A stretch of 63,940 bases of DNA, the filler included, from Cladosporium halotolerans (taxonomy: Eukaryota): NCBI RefSeq assembly GCF_011745625.1. It is 6 parts of 6 records of this genome, joined end to end, with 100 filler letters (N's around TTAATTAATTAA, not from the genome) between each part and the next. Parts side by side here need not be neighbours in the genome. Positions count along the whole stretch, not along the records: positions 24,159 to 36,113 come from NW_027191585.1; 5 more parts are not named here. The stretch is one strand, 5' to 3'. Each line of letters opens with the position of its first letter. The first letter of the stretch is position 1. A program made the translations under genes and the position numbers. This document shows, piece after piece, positions 24,974 to 35,000 of this stretch. The notes under the pieces were generated by a model. It was given only the letters and a program-made list of their open reading frames with translations. It was not told the DNA's origin and searched no databases.

Positions 24974-25154
24974 CACGGTTAGCGGGTTTGCTCTCTCTCG
25001 CCTTATCACTCATCAACACGGTTAGCGGGTTAGCGGGTTAGCGGGTTTGCTCTCTCTCTCACTTCATCATCACGGTTAGCGGGTTAGCGGGTTAGCGTGT
25101 TACCGGGTTTGCTCTCTCTCACCTTATCACTCATCATCACGGTCAGCGGGTTTG
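24974..25154 (+). repeat. Higher-order array of telomere-like TTAGCGGG units
   Basis: Four blocks of CACGG(TTAGCGGG)n-TTTG, three followed by CTCTCTCTC, ending about 20 bp from the helicase stop. Confidence 0.85.
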
Positions 25155-25173
25155 ACTTTCATCTTTGATCCGT

Positions 25174-28100
25174 CTATATGCCCCACTTGACTATCAATGC
25201 GTCTACTCCAGCACACTTCTGTCCGCCGTACGTGCCCTTAGTCGATAAGAATTTCTCTAGCCCAGCTTGTGCGCTCTTGCCTTCCTTAATCGCCTGTGTG
25301 AACGCTTCCTGCGCCTGCACCCATTCGCGAACCTCCAGCCCTCCTACGTAGAGCAACGCACCGACGATTGAGCAAATGACGGCACTGCCCGAACACCCAC
25401 CTCGTCTTCCTTCCATCCAGCAACGACATCTCTTGCCTTTTGCCCAGCAGCGAAATCCGGTCGTCCTGAGCGGCGCTTGTAGACTGTTGATGAGCCTCAC
25501 CCCCTCGTGTGCTGCTTCCGTGTGATCTGCGTCGACTTGACAGTCCTGCCATGCGTGATCCGTCCGGTCACGGCCTCTCGCGCGACACACGACGCAGCCC
25601 CGCTCCCACCGCCGCACTATTTCATCCGACTCGAGAGAGCGCATATCGCCGTTGCCTCCTTGCCCTTGCCCGCTCGACGAGCCCTTCCATGATGCCTCCG
25701 GTGCCGGCGCCGGCGTGATTGTCACTTCATCCCCAGTGTCTTCCGCCTGCCCTTCTGTCTCACTCGTGTTGTCTGCCCCTGCCATCTCCCGGTGCTGCTG
25801 TGAGATGAACTCGACGAGAAGAGCGAAGCCGTTGCTTACCACCTCCCCTAGCACTCGTCGCGCGTGCCGGCGTCCGAGCCATGTGACATATCCTCCATCC
25901 TGCCCATCTGCCGCCTCTTCGCCAGAGAATTCCCAGCCCTCCAGAATCTCGGCGCCCTTTCTCGTCTGACGGATTGCTCGCAGCATCGGAGCGGCGATGT
26001 TCGGCCACTGACACTCCGCACCTGTCGACTGTCCGGTGTTACAGAACTTTTGACTCAACCCACATCGGAAACAGCTGTGCGTGTCTCGGTCGAAGCGTAT
26101 GTTGAGCATCGCGGAATCGCCCACCCCGTCCTCAAAGCCGCATGTGCCTGCCACCGTCGATGCGTTGACCTGCCGCGGAAGATTCGCACCCCGGCTGTTG
26201 CAAGACACTCGTTCTTCGACCCAACATACCGGGCAATCGTCGACGAGCTCGCTCAGAACACGCTCCACCCTCGCTCTCGTCTCGCTCGTCTGCCTTTGTC
26301 TTCGCTCGAGAGCGGTCCATCCGTCACCGCAGTTGTCGCAGCGGGCCAATCCGCGCTCGTCGGAGACACAGTCGTGCTCCATACCATCCAAAAAACTGCC
26401 GCTTATCTTCCGCCTACAGCCCCGAGCTCGAACGAAGTCCAGCATAGCTTGCTCGTCCGGGTTTTGCATCTTGTGTCGCATGCGGTCGATCCGTCCTTTT
26501 TCGATGACTATCACGGAATCCACGTCTTCTCCCGCTCGGCCAGCTCGCCCTGATTCTTGCGCGAAATCAATCATGCCCCACGGGATGTCCACGTGTAGAA
26601 CGAGCGTGATACCCGGGAAGTCGACGCCCGTCCCGAGCGCAGATGTAGCGACTATCAGCCCGCCACGCTCTGCCCAGTCAAAAATCCTCTCCTCTCGACC
26701 GTCCGCTTCTGCGTGATAGTAAGCGCATCCAAGCTCGTCGGCCAGTGTCTCACACTCTGCGCGGCTGCGGCAGTAGACCACGCCTTTGCTCCTCCGGCTT
26801 GCTTCGACTCGGTTTGCTTCGACCCAGCTGTGACATATCTCTATCGCTCTGCGCTCGAGCTTGCCCGGCTTGCATTCTTCGACCATGTATCTCGTTCGCT
26901 CCCTCGTCGTATCGGCGCGGATGTAGCGGCAGAACTCGATCGCCATGCAACGCTCGAGTTCGAACTGCATTCGCGGCGGCAGCGTCGCCGTCAGCAACAC
27001 TATCGGACAATCCACTCCTCGCAAACAGCTCAGACGGGCTAGCTTTGCTCGCCAGTGATTCTCCTTGAAGATCAGATGACACTCGTCGATAAAGATCCGT
27101 CGAAGCCGGCCGCTATCCAACAGCTGCTGTGCGTAGCCCAAGAGATTCGTGCCGTCGACGAGATCTGCGCTAGCGAACACGATCGTCGCCGGATTGACCT
27201 CGCCGGGCCGCCACTCCACGCTGTCGATGCCGGCTTTTTTCGCTTTCTCGACCAAGTCGTTGATGAGCGCACGGAACGGGACCACCACAATCGTCACCCC
27301 GGTGCTGTCGAGACACGCGGGCGCGGTGAAGAGCAGACTCTTCCCGCCACCGGTCGGCATCACCACCACCAGCGGCCGGCGTCCACCCTCGACGATCGTC
27401 TCCAGCGCTTCCCTCTGCGTCTCCGAGCGGAATGAAACGTCTGATTTGCAGAGAGCCTTCTGCATTGCTCTTCGGAGTCGATCTTGACCGTCATCTTCTC
27501 TCGGACAACGCCCTTGCCAATTGCGCCTCATTCGCTTGAATGCAGCGAGTACGTCGGTCCGGGGCTCTCTCCCAACGTCGCCATCCTCATGCTCATCTTG
27601 CCGCTTACGTTTCGTGCCGCCCTCCGCTCGACAGCTCTCCAAAGCCAAGAATCGATGCCACTGTTGACAGAGCGGTCGGAACGTGTCGATCGAGCGGCTG
27701 CTCAGATTCTTGATGATATCCATCGACACCCCGTATCGCTTCGCTCCCACCTCACCACCTCTGCCAGCCTGCATCTCAAGCGAATCGTCCGTCTCCTCCT
27801 CCGGCTCGTCAAAGTCGTCGACGTCTCCTAGATATCCGTTCGCGAACTGCTCTCCGATCACCTTTCTGCCGATCGCGATCGCAAGATGCCGGTAGCTGTG
27901 CGTTGTGAGCTCCACGCCGAGATGACGGCCGGTCTCACGTTTCATGACCCTCGTGAGTCTGTCCGTCTCCCACGGGCCGTGCTCGCCCGACCAGATGTAC
28001 TCGCTCGCCATCTGTCCGTTCACCACTCCGGCGAGCAGCTCTTGCAGCGGGCGTGCGTACGCCAAGTACACAGCCATGAGCTGCCCAACACGCCAAGCGA

Positions 28101-30378
28101 GAAAACGCGGGACGACCTTCGGTTGATCGTACTGCGACGCGCTCTTGTGATACCGTGTCACTACGGCCATGTGCCCGTGAACCGCGAAGACGTTGCGATC
28201 TTGCATGTATCCGTTCTTGTACCGGACAGACGTGATCTCCGTGCCACGTGCCGGCTGTCCGCCAGTCCAGTGTACGCAAAGCAATAGTAGCTCTCGGAAA
28301 TGATCTACCCGACGCAGATACTTGCGTGTCTCACGACGTTGCCAGCGCCCTCTCCGCAGAAGCTTCCTGCCCTCGACGTGTGCTTCCATCTGTGCCAGCA
28401 TCCACGCCCGTGTGTCCTCGAGCCCATTGTGTGCGTTGTTTAGAAACGAGTAGCCCCTGCGCGTGAACGTGACGTCGTCCTCTAGCGCATCCACGGGGAT
28501 TTCGAACCGCTCGGAGTCGACCTGCCAGAGTACATCTCGCCATAGTATATTCTCGGCCTCGGTCACCACTGCGTCAACAAGCTTTCTGACCCTCGCGAGC
28601 GGGATCTTCCGACCTCTGTATGCAATTGTGCTGCCATCAAGCGACCAAGAAACCGCTCCGGCATTTGCGTGATTGAACGCGCAGTGCCGGCTATACGCCA
28701 ACAAGCTGATCATCTCTGCCATCGGGCTGAACGATCCGTCGGCGAGATGTTTAAGTCGCAGTTCGAGAAATCGCTCGTCGTCTTCTGCCGTCTCTCCCCT
28801 TCGAAATGTCTTCGGGAGAATGATCTCGACGCCCAGCACTCGGCAACTGTAGACGATCCCAGCCAGCATGAACGAAAAGTCGTTGCCTTCGCGCAATCTG
28901 TGTGTCTCTTCATCGATACCCAGCACCGCCAGAAAGTGCAACAACGGGCTCTCGAAGACGTCCACCCTTACATGCTGAAATAGAACATGCCTGAAAAACT
29001 CCAGCATGACCATTTCCGGTGACCCAGTGCGGCGCGACGGAGACAGCGCTCTCCAAAGCCGACCCACGATCTCGTACAAGCCGCTCGGCCACGGGTATAA
29101 TCTTCGAGCATCTTCCATCGTGTCGATTTCGCGTATGCCACTGCCCGTCGATCCGCTGATCGTATTAGATCCTGTTGCACCTCTTATATCATCTTCCTCC
29201 TCTCCACCTTCCTCCTCTCCACCTTCCTCCTCTCCATCTTCATCCTCTCCACCTTCCTCCTCTCCACCTTCCTCCTCTCCATCTTCATCCTCTCCATCTT
29301 CCTCCTCTCCACTTCGCAAGCCTGTTGCCTCACAGCTTTCCCACACTCGAAGTGTATAGCAAACGAATCGGGTCATGTAACCGGCGTATCGCTTCTGACT
29401 GTCTTCATTCTGTAGTCTTGCCATCGGTCGTGCGTCCGGTTCGGATGCCTTTGCGCTTCGTAGCCACCGCCTAATGACATGCCCGAGTGTCGGCAGTCCT
29501 TTGACGCACTCTTCAACTAAACCTTCAACCCGCTTCGGTACATCTTCGAGTGTTCCTTCGTCTCGGCCCGGTAAACAACAAGCACGGCTCAGATGCCGCA
29601 AATTGCTTTTTGCTAGATGTTGCGGCCATTTGTTGCGTTTGAACCATAGTGTGTGATCGGTTTTTGCCATAGTAGCTTCGGCCACCTGCATTGCTTCTTC
29701 TTGCTGTTCCAGACGCCGGTCCCAATCTTCTATAACTTGCTGACTCTGCGAGCTCATCCCGTCCTTCGACTGCTCCGCTTCCCGTACGCTCTCGTCGTGA
29801 TAGTCGACCACGAAATACCGGCGATGCGCTTTCGATTGAAACATCGTCTGTACGTATACTGCATGCCAGTGTTCCGGGTCGTCGACATTCGACTTCCATG
29901 CATGCTCCTTGTAACAGTGCTTTCTGATCTCATCACGGCTTATCGAGATCTTGCTACACCCGGGTTCGTCGCACAGATATCCTCGCATCGGCGCCCCAAG
30001 CCAGTCTAACGGTGCCTGAAGCGTCGGCGGTGTCGTGACTTGTGCCGGTTCCAGCAATTCGCAAGCGCCAAACTTCTTTTCTATTGCGGCCCTCTCAGAG
30101 CTTCGGACTTTATGTTGCAGCCTTAGATGCGTTGCCAAGTTCCGGACAGCGTATCCGTGATACCGGCAGACGAGCACTCTGTATCGAGAATCGTAGTAGA
30201 GCCATTCGTCGGCGTTTCCTGCAACAATCTCCAATCCGTCTTCGTAGCCAATCGCGCTGTCAGATGCGAATGTACTATTTGCTGTGCACGGGCTGCCGTG
30301 TGTTAGACTCCACGACCGTTGTGTCGCGGGCGTCGCCACTTCCGACACCCAGCTTGCGAGTGAGCTTGCATCGGCCAT
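25174..30378 (-). CDS. Telomere-linked-helicase-type protein: DUF3505/OrsD Zn-finger N-terminus, tyrosine-recombinase-like central domain, RecQ-like SF2 helicase and Cys-rich C-terminus (1734 aa, intronless)
   Basis: VLVCRYHGY...CDEPGC...KHCYKEH; GQPARGTE, YHKS, HSYRH, QAGR, KRYG; MPTGGGKS, DECH, LLTATLP, ATSALGTGVD, QESGRAGR, CRR...CDNC. Confidence 0.9.
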   Translation of the reverse strand: MADASSLASWVSEVATPATQRSWSLTHGSPCTANSTFASDSAIGYEDGLEIVAGNADEWLYYDSRYRVLVCRYHGYAVRNLATHLRLQHKVRSSERAAIEKKFGACELLEPAQVTTPPTLQAPLDWLGAPMRGYLCDEPGCSKISISRDEIRKHCYKEHAWKSNVDDPEHWHAVYVQTMFQSKAHRRYFVVDYHDESVREAEQSKDGMSSQSQQVIEDWDRRLEQQEEAMQVAEATMAKTDHTLWFKRNKWPQHLAKSNLRHLSRACCLPGRDEGTLEDVPKRVEGLVEECVKGLPTLGHVIRRWLRSAKASEPDARPMARLQNEDSQKRYAGYMTRFVCYTLRVWESCEATGLRSGEEEDGEDEDGEEEGGEEEGGEDEDGEEEGGEEEGGEEEDDIRGATGSNTISGSTGSGIREIDTMEDARRLYPWPSGLYEIVGRLWRALSPSRRTGSPEMVMLEFFRHVLFQHVRVDVFESPLLHFLAVLGIDEETHRLREGNDFSFMLAGIVYSCRVLGVEIILPKTFRRGETAEDDERFLELRLKHLADGSFSPMAEMISLLAYSRHCAFNHANAGAVSWSLDGSTIAYRGRKIPLARVRKLVDAVVTEAENILWRDVLWQVDSERFEIPVDALEDDVTFTRRGYSFLNNAHNGLEDTRAWMLAQMEAHVEGRKLLRRGRWQRRETRKYLRRVDHFRELLLLCVHWTGGQPARGTEITSVRYKNGYMQDRNVFAVHGHMAVVTRYHKSASQYDQPKVVPRFLAWRVGQLMAVYLAYARPLQELLAGVVNGQMASEYIWSGEHGPWETDRLTRVMKRETGRHLGVELTTHSYRHLAIAIGRKVIGEQFANGYLGDVDDFDEPEEETDDSLEMQAGRGGEVGAKRYGVSMDIIKNLSSRSIDTFRPLCQQWHRFLALESCRAEGGTKRKRQDEHEDGDVGREPRTDVLAAFKRMRRNWQGRCPREDDGQDRLRRAMQKALCKSDVSFRSETQREALETIVEGGRRPLVVVMPTGGGKSLLFTAPACLDSTGVTIVVVPFRALINDLVEKAKKAGIDSVEWRPGEVNPATIVFASADLVDGTNLLGYAQQLLDSGRLRRIFIDECHLIFKENHWRAKLARLSCLRGVDCPIVLLTATLPPRMQFELERCMAIEFCRYIRADTTRERTRYMVEECKPGKLERRAIEICHSWVEANRVEASRRSKGVVYCRSRAECETLADELGCAYYHAEADGREERIFDWAERGGLIVATSALGTGVDFPGITLVLHVDIPWGMIDFAQESGRAGRAGEDVDSVIVIEKGRIDRMRHKMQNPDEQAMLDFVRARGCRRKISGSFLDGMEHDCVSDERGLARCDNCGDGWTALERRQRQTSETRARVERVLSELVDDCPVCWVEERVSCNSRGANLPRQVNASTVAGTCGFEDGVGDSAMLNIRFDRDTHSCFRCGLSQKFCNTGQSTGAECQWPNIAAPMLRAIRQTRKGAEILEGWEFSGEEAADGQDGGYVTWLGRRHARRVLGEVVSNGFALLVEFISQQHREMAGADNTSETEGQAEDTGDEVTITPAPAPEASWKGSSSGQGQGGNGDMRSLESDEIVRRWERGCVVCRARGRDRTDHAWQDCQVDADHTEAAHEGVRLINSLQAPLRTTGFRCWAKGKRCRCWMEGRRGGCSGSAVICSIVGALLYVGGLEVREWVQAQEAFTQAIKEGKSAQAGLEKFLSTKGTYGGQKCAGVDALIVKWGI
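29190..29312 (-). repeat. In-frame 15-bp minisatellite encoding (G/D)GEEE acidic repeats
   Basis: TCCTCCTCTCCA(C/T)CT-type units encoding GEEEDGEDEDGEEEGGEEEGG... Confidence 0.85.
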
Positions 30379-30989
30379 CGCTTCGTGCGACGAGACGGGC
30401 CTCGTGAATTATCTTCAAAAATGACATGCAGTCGCTCTGTGATTTCCACGACAGACCGTCATTGTTTGCTCGGTAGCTGCCATGAATTTGTTTATTTTAC
30501 ACGGGAATTGTCAAGACGCGGGGCGCTCGTGTTGCGCTCGCGTTAACCCTAAATTTCACACGCCCTGCGAGTATCGACTCTTGTACTTCAACCGTCCCAA
30601 CGTCGACCATGTACGACATAACACTCCAAAAATCGTAGAACTGTTTTTCTAGAGAGAACGCGACTCAGCGAAAATTATCATGTAAATTATATTGATATAC
30701 GATCGTTTGAGCTTGACGACGTATTTCTGCAAAAAGCTGAACTACAAACATTGTTTCTCGCTAGCAAGTTTTGAATCTGAATGTGAGCCTCGATTTCCGT
30801 CCGACTTCTGACATGATTAAAACTCTGTCAGTGACCGCTTACCATCCAATCCTACATGCGAGTACCAGAATCGTAATTTATTCATAACATTTGCGACGAA
30901 ATCATAACTTGGGGATGACTTCCTTGGGGAAGACTACAATGCTACTCAAAACGGAAATCCAGTAGCCGCTTGCCGTTAGCGCCGACTTG

Positions 30990-31035
30990 GGGTTAGCTGG
31001 GGATAAGTGTTCCCCTCCGCTGCTTTTTGGTTAGG
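30990..31035. repeat. 46-bp hairpin-containing motif shared with 59578-59667 (putative element terminus)
   Basis: GGGTTAGCTGGGGATAAGTGTTCCCCTCCGCTGCTTTTTGGTTAGG is 37/46 identical to the contig-6 repeat. Confidence 0.7.
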
Positions 31036-32010
31036 ATTGATACGGTATTGACATCATTGTCACGCATAACTAGACTCTTACTTTTGGTCTACGCACTGAA
31101 CGTGGCTACATTCAGGATTAGACTCCAACTTTGTGTTGAAGATCGAAGAAGCTACATAAGATACTACAATCGAGACGAAAGAGCTTGTGTTCATTTTGCT
31201 CAACACTTTGAACATCGGAGTTGTACATAGGGCTGAGGGTTAGGGTATTTCACCAGCGCCCGAGTTCATGACACGCCTTCGTCGTTACTACGCATAGCGG
31301 GCGTGTTGCGAGGTAACAAATAGCGTTTGTGGGTTCGTTGATATGTTTTGTCACCTGAGTAGAAGCCTTCTGATGCATGTCTTTAGTGTCAATTACACCG
31401 CTCACTTTCACCGGAAAACTATGCCATTTTCCTGGCGCTAGACTATTTTCGGACGACATTTACAGTGTCATTGGGATATCCTCTCGGTCAGGTGTTTATC
31501 TTCCAGCTGTCACGGTCGGGACGTGACAATGTCTAGCGGTCTGCCTGAGGCACGCCATAATAACCAAGATGTACCGCAGCGAATTGAATCCGTTCATATA
31601 TTCTTTGAAAAGGTGTTATACGCAAGTGATACGATCAAATTCAACAGGTTTTTTCTCCACGTCGATGGCACGAGCGAGGTTTCGAAAGCTGAAAGCGTGA
31701 TACATGATAGCAGTGCAAGCGAGTCGCCAAGGCATCTCAGGATCAGCGAAGCAGCAGGCTCATAACGAGTACCAGACGAGGCCTAAGACTAAGCAGGTAT
31801 CAGAGCAGAGAACCAATGAGTAATAAATGGAGCACACGACAAAGCCATCATCAAAGCAGACACCATTGTGTTTTTCAAAGAAAGGACCGTCGATTTGAAA
31901 TCATATCGTACCAACATTGACATTATTCGCGATGCCGCACTCGCAGCCGTGAGGCAAAGCCATCTTCAATCGCCGACTTCACGAATTTGACAACACTCCT
32001 CCCTCACCAA

Positions 32011-35000
32011 CTATCCACTCAATTTCCTCCCCCACATTAAACTAACAGCAGCCAAAATAACTGGCGCAACACTCACAATCTCACCCAAACCAGCATACGC
32101 CGGCCCAATCCTTACCTTCACAAACGCGCCAGACGCCAACAAAATCGCAAAGAAGTTATACACCGCACTCCACGCAAAATTGAACAGGATCCGTCTCACA
32201 GCCCTTCTCGACAACTCCAGCAGTGTGATCAAACCCCCAAGATCCTTTGAAAGAATGACCACGTCGGAAACAGCACCTGTGACATCCGAGGCACTCCCCA
32301 TCTGCACTCCAATATCTGCTTGAGCGATAGCAACAGCGTCGTTCGTGCCGTCGCCGATGAACAGAATGGTGCGCTTACTCTCGGGAGTACAGGTTTGGAG
32401 AGTATGCACGTACTCCTGCTTCTCAGAGGGAGAGGCGCGTGAGCGAATATTGGATTCCTCGACGCCAAGAGTTTTCGCGATGTCCAGGACAGCGGCGGGG
32501 TTGTCCCCGCTTACGATGTGAGTTGTGATTTTGCGGCGGTGAAGATCGGCGATGATAGCTGCAGCGTTAGAGCGAAGAGTGCTCTTCAGGCCGACGACGA
32601 GGATGGGGTCGTTGTTCAAAGTGACGCAAAGGAGTGTCATTGCTTGCTGGAGAAGACCTGCGACTTTCGAGTGGTCCTCCAATTTGAGCCAGTACGGGTT
32701 TCCAGCCTTGAGGAGAGAGCCGTGGTGTTGAGCTTCGATGCCAGCGCCCGGGATGGAAGTGATATTCTCCAGTCTGATCTTCGAGGCTCCACCCATGGCC
32801 TTTCCCTTGAGGTGTTCTGCTACAGCAACAGACACGGGATGCTCGTTCCCTTCGACCATTGCTTTTCCAAGTGACATGATCGACTCCTCCGATAAAGTCT
32901 CCGAAGGAAGTGTCTGCGTATGCACGACCTGCAAGTCTCCCTCGGTGAGAGTTCCAGTCTTGTCGAAAACGACATCAGTCATTTTATAGCTTCTCTCAAT
33001 CGCGTCCGCAGCTTTGATAACCACGCCAGCTCGCGCGGCCACTCCGCCTGCAATGACTAGAACCATAGGGACAGCCAAGCCGAGTGCACATGGACAAGAG
33101 ATGGCCAGTACAGCGATAGCATAGGTGATTGCCAAGCCGACAGCACCACCACCATTTCTGTTGCGGATCTCGATGGCAACTGCAATCCAGATGCAAAAGA
33201 CTATAACAGCAATTGTAACCACGACCGGAATGAAATACGACGCAACCCGATCCGCGAGATCTTGAACTCTTGGCTTCGCCGCAACAGCATTCTCCACTAG
33301 CGTGGCGATGTCCGAGATGCTGTTGTCGCCAGGAAGGCGGGTGAGCTGAACACGAAGAGTACCGGATCCATTTATGGTGCCAGCGATGAGATTATTCCCA
33401 GTCTGCTTTGCAACTGGAAGACTTTCGCCAGTCACCATTGACTCATCGACATCGCTCGCTCCATCAATTACAGTCCCATCCGTAACGATGCGACTGTGTG
33501 GCTGAATGACGATGGAATCCCCAAACTGGAGCAGTCTAGCGTCGATCTTCGACGAATCTCCGGAACTTCCCAAAAGAAGCGCCGTTTCAGCCTGTAGGGA
33601 CCGAAGGGAAACGATAGACAAAGCTTTCATCCTTGCCCAAGCAGCCATAAGCCGGCCGAGAAGCACGAGCGTAATGAGCAGCGTGCTGGTCTCGAAGAAT
33701 GGTCCTTGCTCTAAATCGAAACCTGCTCGCTGCAAGCCGTATGCCACAACAGAATAGCCGTACGCTGCAGAGATGCTGATAACAACCAGCATGTCCATTT
33801 CGATCACACGGCTGTAGATGAGCGATTTAGTAGCTCCAATGTAGAATTCTGGGACGGCAATAAGTTGCACACCAGTTCCTAAGATCAGTGCTACCAGCTC
33901 GACGGTACTGGAGGGCAAATGATTGTCTGACCACTCGAGGACAACAACAGGGATGGTGAGCGTCGCAGCCAAAGCCGTGCTCAAAGCGTTACTGAGAAGA
34001 CTCTTTTTGCCCTCAGCAATACCAGCAGAGTCTTGCGGAGGCGAAAGCTGGGCAGTGGGTGGGAGAACAACTCGGGCGCCGACTACACGAGGATTGTAAG
34101 TGATGTAGTAGTTGTCCTTCTTCTTCTTGTCCTTTACAATTGACATCACGCCAGCTGGCAGGCAATGCGCGATCTCTCTGGCGGCAGTAGCAGACATGAG
34201 AACATGCAGTTCCTGGAAGCCACTCACCAGGCGAGAGCACTTGAAGCCGGTTTCCTTCTCCACGCGCTGGAGGACATCCTCAACCTTACCAGCGACGCCA
34301 GAATCCAGATCAAATTCGGCGTTGCCAGAAACAAAGGTTACCTGGGCGTTAGAGAGTCCAGAGATTCCGCCGAGTACGTTCATCATCTTCTTACTGCAGC
34401 CCGTGCATGTCATGCCAGTGACATCGAGTACAACGTGCTCTCTGGCCGAATCTTGTTCGACATCCACTGGCTGGTTCCGAGTTTCGACAGCAGCCTCTTG
34501 TTTCCTGTTCTTAACAGAGCTCGGGGCATCGAATGAGCAGCGAGGATGGATTGCAGATGCGGTCGAGACAGCAGCAAACTTCTCCTTGGAGAGTGTTTCC
34601 GTCATAGATGCTGCAGTCGAGGCGTTCTTCTTCCTCGTTACCACTTCCGCGGGAATAGAAGCAGGATCACAGCAGTTGAAGCCCCACTGCTCTTGAACAC
34701 GACGGCAGAGGCATTGGCCCCTCTTGAGCATAGCATCGAGGCGGTCCATGGTGGTTTGGAAGTTGTCGATACAAGCTGACAGAGGTGAACATGGAGCATT
34801 TTGGGGGGTGTCCCGGCAGCAAGAATCGCCGCAGTCTTCGAGAGGTTGTACTCTGACCTCCAGGGATTTGCTGCGGCAGTCGCCAGACTTGATCTTCTCA
34901 CCGCAGGACTTCTCATTGGCTGTGTTTCCAGTCTTCTTCGGCAAAGTAGAGGAGCAGCAGCTTTCCCTCGTGGTCGAATTGTAGGAGGTAGGGCTCGTCA

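Noticed and set aside
31508..31528. TGTCACGGTCGGGACGTGACA hairpin resembling fused ends of the contig-1 LTR
   Set aside because: Only 21 bp and no 5-bp TSD; may be chance.
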